Of a stretch of DNA of 64,000 nucleotides, positions 46,572-55,064 are shown piece after piece. The position numbers and the translations under genes were made by a program. Numbering within the stretch: position 1 is the first letter of the stretch; every line of letters starts with the position of its first letter. The notes beneath the pieces were generated by a model that worked only from the letters and a program-made list of their open reading frames with translations, was not told where the DNA came from and did not search any database. The DNA comes from an uncultured Candidatus Micrarchaeota archaeon (GTDB taxonomy: Archaea; Micrarchaeota; Micrarchaeia; Anstonellales; Bilamarchaeaceae), in NCBI GenBank assembly GCA_963800555.1, contig CAWDBH010000010.1, positions 24,765 to 88,764 on the forward strand, in the 5' to 3' direction.

Positions 46572-47639
46572 ATGACGAATTATTTCGATGGCACGGGCCG
46601 GGAGCAAGGCATAATCACTGACGAGTCCGCGCTTCTGCCCGACTATATGCCGGATGAGCTGCTCCACCGGGAGCAGGAGCTCCAGATGATCGCGGATTCG
46701 ATAAAACCTTTGCTGGACAAACGCACTCCGGACAATCTCTTCATCCATGGCAAGTCAGGCTCCGGGAAGACCACCTGCGTGAAATACATCCTGAAGCAGC
46801 TCGCGGAGCATTCATCCAATGTCCTTCCGGTCTATGTGAACTGCTGGGAGAATCCGACGCAGGCTGCCGTCTACAACAAGATAATCGAGGAGATGCGGCT
46901 CCCCATCCCCCGGCGGGGTCTCGCTACGGACGAGATGTTCGACCGCATCATGGAGTACGCTAAGAACTACGATAAGCCCATCCTGCTCGTCCTGGATGAG
47001 ATGGACGGCCTCCGCCACGACCAGCTCCTATACGTGGTCGCACGCTCCAATGAGCAGCGTCTGACGTTCGGCATAATCGGCATCTCGAACAACAAGTCGC
47101 TCCTCTCGCACCTGGATGCGCGCGTGCGGAGCTCGCTCCGGTTCTCGGAGCGGGAGTTCAAGCAGTACAGCGAAGAGCAGCTCCTCTCCATAGTCCGGAC
47201 TCGCGCCGAGAGGGCGCTGGCCCCGCGCAGCTATGACGAGCGCCTCCTCATGAAGATAGCGGATTCCGTGCAGGACGGCTCAGCTCGTGTAGCTCTAGAG
47301 CTCTTATGGAAGGCGGCCAAGCACGCGGAGAAGGCCGAGCGGGAGAAGATAATGATACAGGATCTCGAGGATGCGCTTTCGACGGCTCCAGCATCCAAGA
47401 TGCCCGAGCTCAAGCTCACAACCGAAGAGGAGCTGATAGTGGAGCTGCTGAAAGACGGCCAGCTGTCGTCCTCGGAGCTCTATAACAGGTTCCTTAAGAA
47501 GATACCCAAGACCAAGAGGCAGATACGCAATTACATCGAGCTCCTGGAGAAGAAAGGGCTCGTGGAATCCGAGCATGTCGATACCGACGGGATGATCAAG
47601 CCCCGCGTGCTGAGATTGAAGCCGTTCAAATCCGGATGA
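46572..47639 (+). CDS. cdc6: Orc1/Cdc6 replication initiator
   Basis: LLHREQELQMIADSIKPLL, Walker A GKSGSGKT, Walker B LVLDEMD, and a C-terminal winged helix. Start set at MTNYFDG on the basis of TATA spacing. Confidence 0.85.
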   Translation: MTNYFDGTGREQGIITDESALLPDYMPDELLHREQELQMIADSIKPLLDKRTPDNLFIHGKSGSGKTTCVKYILKQLAEHSSNVLPVYVNCWENPTQAAVYNKIIEEMRLPIPRRGLATDEMFDRIMEYAKNYDKPILLVLDEMDGLRHDQLLYVVARSNEQRLTFGIIGISNNKSLLSHLDARVRSSLRFSEREFKQYSEEQLLSIVRTRAERALAPRSYDERLLMKIADSVQDGSARVALELLWKAAKHAEKAEREKIMIQDLEDALSTAPASKMPELKLTTEEELIVELLKDGQLSSSELYNRFLKKIPKTKRQIRNYIELLEKKGLVESEHVDTDGMIKPRVLRLKPFKSG

Positions 47640-47649
47640 AGGTGATGCC

Positions 47650-47892
47650 ATGACGTTGAAGGACATTCTCAAGTCACCGGAATACGATGATGCGAAGCGC
47701 AAGGTGGTATTCTGGAAGCAACAGCTCACAGTTTCCGATAGGGCGGAAGCCCTCGCGGTACGCGATGAGAAGGATGAATTCTTCGGGCAGATGCGCGCCT
47801 CGCGGCCTGACATGTACGCGGTATTCGAGATCGAAGACAAGTCCCTTAGCGAGACCATAATCAAGAAGGTGCTAGGTAAGACCATCGGATGA
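47650..47892 (+). CDS. hypothetical small protein
   Basis: 80-aa ORF packed tightly between cdc6 and the PRODH-like gene. Its stop overlaps the next ATG. Confidence 0.45.
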   Translation: MTLKDILKSPEYDDAKRKVVFWKQQLTVSDRAEALAVRDEKDEFFGQMRASRPDMYAVFEIEDKSLSETIIKKVLGKTIG

Positions 47893-48824
47893 TTGAAATG
47901 GGCATGTTCTCGTCCCTTGTCCGGGATTTCGGCAATTTCTTCTTCCTAAAGGTGATGAGCAGGTGGGTGGCTGGCGCGAAGGCCGCGGATGCCATCACGT
48001 ATTGCAAAAACCTCAATGCAAAAGGCTCGTCCTGCGTGATCAACTACCTTGGCGAGCACTACCACGAGGCGGCCGAGGCCGAGGGTTGCGTCCTGGAATA
48101 TAAGCGCCTGCTGGACATGATCTCTAAAAGCAACGTCCGGGCCGCGGTGACGATAAAGCCATCGCAATTCGGTTTCAATGCGCGGGTTCCAAAACCATCA
48201 GGATTCTGCGAGAAAAAGATGGTGGAAGTCGTCAGCTACGCGGCCGGATTGGGCATCATGAGCTGGCTGGACATGGAGAGCTCGGAATACACGGATTTCA
48301 CGATCGCATTCTACAAGAAATACGCTGCGAAGTATCCGATGGGAATCTGCCTGCAGGCAAGTCTCAGGCGCACGGAGAAGGACCTGGACAATCTGATCGC
48401 ATTCCCAGGTGCTAGGATACGCCTCGTCAAGGGGATCTATCTGGAGAGCGGAACCATCGCTTTCACCGGCCCGGCAGATATCCATAAACGGTTTCTGGCA
48501 CTGATAAGGCGGGCGTTCGAGAGGAGCCCGGCAAGCTTCGGTATAGCGGTAGGCACACATCACACCGAAGCGGTATCTCTCGCGTTGTCTCTCCAGAAGA
48601 AATACCCGAAGAAGTTCTTCGAGATCGAAGTGCTCAAGGGCGTGCTCCCGCAATACTACGACGAATTGCGTAGGCAGGGCATAAACCCGACGGAATACGT
48701 CCCGTATGGGGAGGACGCATTCGCCTACTCGGTCCGCAGGGCGATGAAGAACCCGCGCTTCGCCTCCTTTATCCTCTTCGCGCCGTTCTTCGATGCCTAC
48801 GGGAAGCTCTACGCGAAATCATAG
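47889..48824 (+). CDS. proline dehydrogenase-family protein
   Basis: VAGAKAADAITYCKNLNAKGSSCVINYLGEH...VTIKPSQFGF...IRLVKGIY resembles the PRODH (PF01619) barrel. Confidence 0.6.
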   Translation: MIEMGMFSSLVRDFGNFFFLKVMSRWVAGAKAADAITYCKNLNAKGSSCVINYLGEHYHEAAEAEGCVLEYKRLLDMISKSNVRAAVTIKPSQFGFNARVPKPSGFCEKKMVEVVSYAAGLGIMSWLDMESSEYTDFTIAFYKKYAAKYPMGICLQASLRRTEKDLDNLIAFPGARIRLVKGIYLESGTIAFTGPADIHKRFLALIRRAFERSPASFGIAVGTHHTEAVSLALSLQKKYPKKFFEIEVLKGVLPQYYDELRRQGINPTEYVPYGEDAFAYSVRRAMKNPRFASFILFAPFFDAYGKLYAKS

Positions 48825-49442
48825 CCGTACAAGGAACGTCGTCCGGTAGAGCTGCTTCCCCTCGTCCCTTCCGACGAGTTTCTTGCTTATCAAAGTCCGC
48901 AATCCCAGCTCCCCCATAAGTCCCACGACCGCTTTGGAATCCCCGGCGTAGATGTCTATGCCCTCTTCCTTCTCCTCGGTCTTCGAGATGAATGTGAGCT
49001 TCTCCAGCCTCTTCATGATGGTTTCGGCGTTTTTCGCGACCTTCTTAGGATCGCCCCTGAGCTGGATTATCGCTTCGAAGTACCCGCCGCTTATCCTAGA
49101 GCATCTGGGGCATGTGGTGACATTCTTCTCGAGCTTCACGAAGCGTTCCGCATCGATCTTGTTGTCGCCCTTGACTATCACGAATTTGACGACTCCGTTG
49201 TCCATGTCATAGGTAGCCTCTGTGAAATCGCCCTTGCATTTGGAGACTATATACGTGGATATCTTCTTCGCATTGTACGGCATCCACTCTCCCTTGAGGT
49301 ACATCATGCCGCAGCTCTTGCATAGTTGAATCCCGAACTTGGAAGGCGCTTCGACCCTGATGGGGTAGCAGTCCACGCAGAACGCGTCTATGAATTTGAC
49401 CTGGGAATCGCTTCTTCCGCATTTGGGGCAGATGATTGACAT
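48819..49442 (-). CDS. NMD3-family protein (archaeal)
   Basis: Zinc clusters at the N-terminus (CPKCG...FCVDC...LCKSCG) and later TCPRCSR. 207 aa. Confidence 0.65.
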   Translation of the reverse strand: MSIICPKCGRSDSQVKFIDAFCVDCYPIRVEAPSKFGIQLCKSCGMMYLKGEWMPYNAKKISTYIVSKCKGDFTEATYDMDNGVVKFVIVKGDNKIDAERFVKLEKNVTTCPRCSRISGGYFEAIIQLRGDPKKVAKNAETIMKRLEKLTFISKTEEKEEGIDIYAGDSKAVVGLMGELGLRTLISKKLVGRDEGKQLYRTTFLVRL

Positions 49443-49446
49443 ATCG

Positions 49447-49454
49447 TTTATAAA
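49447..49454 (+). promoter_or_regulatory. putative TATA box (TTTATAAA) for the 49479 gene
   Basis: 8-mer centred about 28 nt upstream of ATG 49479. Confidence 0.45.
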
Positions 49455-49478
49455 CTATGGAGAACGATATTAAAATAC

Positions 49479-51245
49479 ATGTCGAAGAACATCAACCGCG
49501 CTGTCAATCTCACATCCTATTTCATATCGCTTCCCCCAGCCCTGAATATCGTCGCGGCGATAGTGGTCCTCGGGTTGCTATTCGGCTTCATCATAAACAT
49601 CGGCCATAGCGGCATCATCCAGAATTCGGTCATCGACGGCCTGATGCTGCTGGTCCTCCCGGCCCTCCTTTCCTGCGTCATAGTCAAGCTTATGATCCGG
49701 AGCATGCCGTTCCGCAGAATCGCGGCGACCGCATTTGCCGGAGAGGTCGTATATGCGCTCGCTTACGGGATAAGCCTCGCGCTCTCCATGCTCGGGGTGG
49801 ACCAGATCTGGGTGCGATCGGCCATACTGGTCGGCTCTGCGATCGTGTTCGTCATATGGTACGTGATCGCGCGATTCATTTTCACCCTCAAATACCGCTC
49901 CGTGCTCTTCGCCATGATCCAGCTCCTCCTATACCTCATATTCCTCCTGAGCAACCAGGCCCTATATACGACCAACGAATCGTTCATCGGCATCGCGGCG
50001 AAATTCTACGTGTCGTCATTCATCCTCCTGGGATCCCTAGTGCTATTCTTCGCGATTATAAACGCGCCCATGAAGACGAACCTGGGTTTGAGCAGCACGG
50101 ACGCGATGTCCTATGTCTTCAGTGCCTGGCTCTATCATAACAAGGAGGTGGAGAAGGCGTTCGATCGGGTGGGCGAGGATGCCAAGACGATGATATCGCT
50201 CATGGGTTTCAAGCGAAAGGATGATACCGTGTTCTTCGTAACGCCGTATGTCCATTACGGGCCTTTCGGCAACCTGGGCGGAAGCGAGTTCTCGTTCCTG
50301 ATAGCCGATGCGATAGACGCCAAATACAAATCCAAGACATTCGTATTCCATGGGACCGTGACGCATGATCTCAATCCCGTCGCGAGCTCTGAGATAAGCA
50401 AGATACTTTCGGCTTTCGACGCCTCGCTCAAGAACGCGGTCTTCAAGGACGCGAAGGTCTCGCTCTCCCTAGGGAAATCCGATGAATGCAGGGCAGAGGC
50501 GCTCTCGTTCAACGATGCGGCGATGATAGGGATCAGCCGCGCACCCGAGACGACAGAAGACGTCAATTTCGGATTGGGCCTCGCCTTCATCGCGGAGGCT
50601 GAGAAGAAGCTGAGGTTAGGCATGGTCGTGGACCAGCACAACGCCGAGACTGGGGATATAACCAGTTTCGAGCCAGGCAGCAAGGTGGGTTTCGGATATA
50701 TGGACGCCATAAGGGATGCGCTGTCCAGGAATCCGCAGAAGAAACCCCTCAAGATCGGCGTCTCCTTCCGCTCGGTGGATTCCGGCGTGCTCGGCAAGGC
50801 CGGCATAAAGGTAGCCATCTTCTCCTCTTCTCCCGAATACGTCGTGGTCCTGATAGATTCCAATGGCGTGACACCCAAATTCCGCGACCAGCTGGAAGAC
50901 GACATAAAGAAGCAGGGCAAGCGCGCGGGTCATGACTTCACAGTGGGCATATTCACCACGGATACCCATCAGACGAACATGGTGCGCGGCGTGCTCAATC
51001 CGCTCAAGGAAGAGGAGAATATCCGGAAAGCCATATCAGAGGCTTGCGCAGAGGCATTGGATGACATGCAGGACGCGAAGTTCTTCGCGGACAAGCGATG
51101 GTTCGATATCCGCGTCATAGGCGCCAAGCAGTCGATAGAGGTGATATCCACGATAAATTCGATAGTGGCCGTTTCCAAGATAATGCTGCCTCTCATCCTG
51201 CTGGGGGGGCTGCTCCTGCTCATCGCCATAGCCACCAAACTGTGA
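49479..51245 (+). CDS. large membrane protein (DUF2070-like architecture)
   Basis: N-terminal ~200 aa with multiple TM segments, a soluble middle region and a C-terminal TM. The family assignment is from memory of the architecture only. Confidence 0.4.
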   Translation: MSKNINRAVNLTSYFISLPPALNIVAAIVVLGLLFGFIINIGHSGIIQNSVIDGLMLLVLPALLSCVIVKLMIRSMPFRRIAATAFAGEVVYALAYGISLALSMLGVDQIWVRSAILVGSAIVFVIWYVIARFIFTLKYRSVLFAMIQLLLYLIFLLSNQALYTTNESFIGIAAKFYVSSFILLGSLVLFFAIINAPMKTNLGLSSTDAMSYVFSAWLYHNKEVEKAFDRVGEDAKTMISLMGFKRKDDTVFFVTPYVHYGPFGNLGGSEFSFLIADAIDAKYKSKTFVFHGTVTHDLNPVASSEISKILSAFDASLKNAVFKDAKVSLSLGKSDECRAEALSFNDAAMIGISRAPETTEDVNFGLGLAFIAEAEKKLRLGMVVDQHNAETGDITSFEPGSKVGFGYMDAIRDALSRNPQKKPLKIGVSFRSVDSGVLGKAGIKVAIFSSSPEYVVVLIDSNGVTPKFRDQLEDDIKKQGKRAGHDFTVGIFTTDTHQTNMVRGVLNPLKEEENIRKAISEACAEALDDMQDAKFFADKRWFDIRVIGAKQSIEVISTINSIVAVSKIMLPLILLGGLLLLIAIATKL

Positions 51246-51370
51246 AAAACCCGATTTGGACCACATTACATCGCTTTTTATGCCTTTCCACGCATCAATT
51301 AGTTACTTAGCGCCCAGTTCTATCCTTGAGATTTCTGGCTTAGACGGCGCGCTGGGAAAAAGGTGGAAAC

Positions 51371-51655
51371 ATGAAGAAACTCATATTCAATGAAAAAGGC
51401 GTCAATCACGATGGACTAAGCACGCTTTATAGGACAACCAATGCTGTCCGGATGGATCAGAACCGGGAGCCGATGGGTATTCTCGCGTTCACTGCCGTCC
51501 TGGTCAGTCATATGAATGCGATCACCGAGCCTGATTCGAAGGGCGGACCGAGAGAGCCTGGCAGACATAGTAAATCTTTAGCCACGGCAGTTAGACAGCT
51601 TGCTGACAAAAATCCTGCCCCGGCAGAACCGCTCGAAGAAGCAAGGTCTGAGTAA
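51371..51655 (+). CDS. hypothetical protein
   Basis: 94-aa ORF with no motif. Confidence 0.35.
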   Translation: MKKLIFNEKGVNHDGLSTLYRTTNAVRMDQNREPMGILAFTAVLVSHMNAITEPDSKGGPREPGRHSKSLATAVRQLADKNPAPAEPLEEARSE

Positions 51656-51672
51656 ATTTTTTATCTCTTTTT

Positions 51673-52293
51673 CTAATCATGGTGTCCGATAGTTATGAAT
51701 CTCTGGATAGTACGGCTGCATTCATCGCATAAATCTCGGGCTAGCCTGGCGAACCTTCGGACGAAATCGTTCGCGTCCTGGTAATCTCCCATTAGACATC
51801 CCCGAGTATTACATTTCCCCTTTACGCCGAGAATATTGCCTGCCACGCGCGCAGCCAAGGCCTCTATAGCCGCTATCTCTATATCAGGAAACGCTTTCAG
51901 TGCGAAGAGAGACATGATGCCGCTCCGCCCAGTATATGATGTACCTAAGATCGTAGATGCCTTACCGGCTGAGTTGTCCGGCATTTGGAGAAGATTTCTG
52001 TTTGTGATGCCAAGTCCGAAGACAGTTTTTTCCTTTCCAAACATAGCCAATATGTTTTCACAGTGCAAATCAAGCGCCTGGACAATCGGTGCATCAGCTG
52101 TCACGAGTTCGACGAGTCTTTTACCAGAATATACATCCCCTGCACTTTTTGCACCATCCTTTCCTGTCCATACTGAGGCTACATCGACCTTCAATCCGAA
52201 TGACGAGAATCTGTTCACGCCCCTAACCGCTGCGTCTGCCTCTATACGGCTGATTCCATTTGAATGAAGTACTCTAAGTGTTGGTTGTGTCAT
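51673..52293 (-). CDS. archaemetzincin-like protein lacking the HExxH catalytic motif
   Basis: C-terminal CNTRGCLM-x20-CDEC matches the Cx4CxM...CxxC zinc-ribbon part of the archaemetzincin signature. The position of HExxHxxG reads RVAGNILG. Confidence 0.5.
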   Translation of the reverse strand: MTQPTLRVLHSNGISRIEADAAVRGVNRFSSFGLKVDVASVWTGKDGAKSAGDVYSGKRLVELVTADAPIVQALDLHCENILAMFGKEKTVFGLGITNRNLLQMPDNSAGKASTILGTSYTGRSGIMSLFALKAFPDIEIAAIEALAARVAGNILGVKGKCNTRGCLMGDYQDANDFVRRFARLARDLCDECSRTIQRFITIGHHD

Positions 52294-52370
52294 TTGTATC
52301 GTTATATAATATGGTTAAAGGTATATTTAAATATATCTTTTTGACGCTATAATCTCCCGTCGATCTCCGT

Positions 52371-52841
52371 TCAGTACGTTTTCCCCTTCCCCGCCTTCCA
52401 ATCCGCGAGCAGTCCGAGGCATTCCTTCCTCATGAAGCCCCCTTCGATTTTAAGGCGCGACCCGCCCTTCCGTTCCATCTCCATGTCGCTGATGGTCAAT
52501 TCTTTGAAGCCGAGCCTCTTGACATCTCCGATAGCCGTGCCGAAGACGATTCCATTCGCCTTAGCCCAGTGGATCGCGGAGAAGCACATCGGGCATGGTT
52601 CTGTCGTTGAATAAATAGTGCAGCCTCTGAGTTCATGGCTCTTTAGCTTCTTGCAAGCGAGCCGGATGCCGTTGATCTCCGCATGATTGGTGGCATCCCT
52701 CTTCGTGAGGACCGTATTATGCGCTACGGCAACAACCTTATCGTTCTTCACTATGCAGCATCCGAAGGGCGAATTTCCTTTCTTGATGCCCTTCTCTGCT
52801 ATCTCTATCGCGAGCCCCATGAATCTTTTCTCAGTTTTCAT
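52371..52841 (-). CDS. cytidine/deoxycytidylate-type deaminase (TadA/guanine deaminase-like)
   Basis: HAEINGI and PCPMCFSAI zinc motifs. Alternative start GTG 52850 overlaps the upstream stop. Confidence 0.8.
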   Translation of the reverse strand: MKTEKRFMGLAIEIAEKGIKKGNSPFGCCIVKNDKVVAVAHNTVLTKRDATNHAEINGIRLACKKLKSHELRGCTIYSTTEPCPMCFSAIHWAKANGIVFGTAIGDVKRLGFKELTISDMEMERKGGSRLKIEGGFMRKECLGLLADWKAGKGKTY

Positions 52842-52846
52842 CCAAA

Positions 52847-53713
52847 TCACGTCCCGGCCACCATCCTCAGCATGTCTCTGATTCCCGGAGCGAAACCGAT
52901 TATCATGAGGACGAGGGCGATGAAATACTTGTCCATGACGATGTCCCTGCCGAAAAGCCGCATCAGAGGGATCTCGTTCTTCTCTTTAGATAATACATAC
53001 GCTGCAGCGAGGGCGATCCCAGATTTGATCAGATAGAAAACGAAGAAAGTGCCGAATATCTGCCCGATCGCGTTCGAGACCACGTGCTGCTCGAAATAAT
53101 CCATCCCAGATATCTTCGAGAAAACATCTATTACGAAGAATGTGGCGGCGCCATCCAGCGCTTGCCCCGCGACAATCAGTACCAGAAGGTCATCCTTGAT
53201 GAACACCCAAGCGATTAGTGTGGGTATTAGCGCGAGGGCCAAGACCGGGATGGCATATATCGCGTATTTCATGAACGGTATAAGCAGTAGGAAGAGCGGA
53301 AGCCATAGGATAAGCCCGATGAATATGGGCAACCTGGGTTTCTTGAGCTTGTAAGACGCATATAACGAAATGAGGTAGAGCGCTGCAGTGACGACGTATA
53401 TGCCCGGCGTCACAGTGAGATAACCGTAATCGAAGATATGGCTGTCCAGGACGATCTTGTGCATGAATGTGACCGGTGTGAACACTCCCTGGTTGATAGA
53501 ATCCGTGACCACGCGCATGGTAGAGCCGAAGAGCACGAAGGCTAGCGCCCCTGCTATGAAATTCCGGTCGATGCGGATCTTCCCACGCAATGCCTGGTTG
53601 ATGAGATAGACCGAAATCAGGGCTATCGCTACGTATATGATCGTGTTGACGATATTGTATCCGGTCTGGTCCCAGATCGGGGCGATAAAGTAATCGTATA
53701 TAAAGTTATCCAT
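52847..53713 (-). CDS. DUF63-family archaeal membrane protein
   Basis: MDNFIYDYFIAPIWDQTGYNIVNTIIYVAIALI N-terminus and ~7 TM segments. Confidence 0.55.
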   Translation of the reverse strand: MDNFIYDYFIAPIWDQTGYNIVNTIIYVAIALISVYLINQALRGKIRIDRNFIAGALAFVLFGSTMRVVTDSINQGVFTPVTFMHKIVLDSHIFDYGYLTVTPGIYVVTAALYLISLYASYKLKKPRLPIFIGLILWLPLFLLLIPFMKYAIYAIPVLALALIPTLIAWVFIKDDLLVLIVAGQALDGAATFFVIDVFSKISGMDYFEQHVVSNAIGQIFGTFFVFYLIKSGIALAAAYVLSKEKNEIPLMRLFGRDIVMDKYFIALVLMIIGFAPGIRDMLRMVAGT

Positions 53714-53725
53714 CGAACCAACTGC

Positions 53726-54028
53726 ATGGATATTCGGCGTAAAAAGGTTATTAAGGCGAGCGTCCGCTCCTCATTGGAGAAACTGCTCAGCCTCGCCACT
53801 AAAGCCTATGAAGCCGATAAACCGGAGCGTTCAGCCAGATATGTCAAGATGGCCATGGATCTCCTCAAGAAACATAAAGTCAAGCTCCCGAAAGAGCTTA
53901 AGAACAGCTTCTGCAGGAAATGCATGAGCATCTGGATACCCGGCAAGACCGTGACCGTGGCATACGAGAGGAAAACAGATTGCCTGCGCGTGAGATGCAA
54001 CCGCTGCGGATACTCCAAACGGCTCTGA
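53726..54028 (+). CDS. rnp4: RNase P protein component 4 (Rpp21/Rpr2)
   Basis: ERSARYVKMAMDLLKKHKVKLPKELKNSFCRKCMSIWIPGKT...VRCNRCGYSKR (Rpr2 zinc ribbon). Confidence 0.8.
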   Translation: MDIRRKKVIKASVRSSLEKLLSLATKAYEADKPERSARYVKMAMDLLKKHKVKLPKELKNSFCRKCMSIWIPGKTVTVAYERKTDCLRVRCNRCGYSKRL

Positions 54029-54052
54029 TCTGGCGCTTAGCATAATATTTTA

Positions 54053-55062
54053 ATGATAACCGATAAACCTTTTCCCATGGAAATGGCTTCTTATCTCACC
54101 CCGAATATCCAAGATGTGGAACGCATCATGGAAGATGCCCTCGCCAATGAGGACGGGAGGGTCTACGGGATGCTGATCCCGTTCCTCAAGAGGGGAGGCA
54201 AGCGGATAAGGCCGATGCTGGCGATCGCAACCTGCGGGGCGGTCGGAGGCGACCGAAAGGCTGCGGTGGAGCCCGCCTCTGTCATAGAGCTTTTCCATAA
54301 TTTCACGCTCATACATGACGATATCGAAGACGATTCTCGTTACAGGCGTGGTGAGCCGACGCTTCAGATAACCCACGGCATACCCATCGCCCTCAATTCG
54401 GGGGATGCGCTCTATACGCTGCTATGGAGGAAGCTGATATCGATCAAGATGCCCCCCCGCGATTGCTCCGGATGCAGGCCCTTTATGTGGATGCATTCAA
54501 ACGCGTGGTGGACGGGCAAGGGCTTGAGCTCTCCTGGATACAAGAAGGCAGATTCGATGTCAGCGAAGAGGAGTATTTCCAGATGATCGGGGGGAAGACA
54601 TCCGCGCTCATGGGTCTTTCGTGCGAGATGGGCGCCATAATGGGAGGCGCTACGCGGAAGGAGCAGAGAGCGATGCGCGAATTCGGGGAATGCGTCGGCA
54701 CGGCATTCCAGATACAGGACGATGTCCTCAACGTGTCCGGCGAATTCGAGAAATACAAGAAAGAGATCGGCGGCGATATCTCGGAAGGGAAACGAACGCT
54801 GATGGTGGTGTACTGCCTGGCCCACGCATCCGCGCAGGAGAAGGAGAGGCTGATATCCATCCTGTCTTCGCATTCGAGGGAACCTAAAGACATAAGCGAA
54901 GCGATATCCTACCTTAACAAGTACGGCGCGGTCGGATATGCCCGTACCCGCGCAGCGAGCTTGGTCAGTAAGGCGAAATCATTGCTCGATAGATTGCCTG
55001 ATTCGGAGGATAAGGCCGCCTTGCTGTCGCTCGCGGATTATATCGTGAATCGCGAGAAATAA
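54053..55062 (+). pseudogene. idsA: geranylgeranyl diphosphate synthase (polyprenyl synthetase), frameshift in the C7 run 54452-54458 (sequence error or pseudogene)
   Basis: FARM LIHDDIEDD lies in ORF 54053..54586 and SARM FQIQDDVLN in ORF 54424..55062. The frames join at atgCCCCCCCgcg. A C8 (or C5) run would give ...KMPPPRLLRMQALYVDAFKRVVDGQGLEL. Confidence 0.9.
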
Positions 55063-55064
55063 AA

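Noticed and set aside
46440-46575. Replication origin next to orc1/cdc6
   Set aside because: The spacer is only ~115 nt, it is GC-rich, it lacks an AT-rich unwinding element, and it has only two palindromes. This is insufficient to call an oriC from the window alone.
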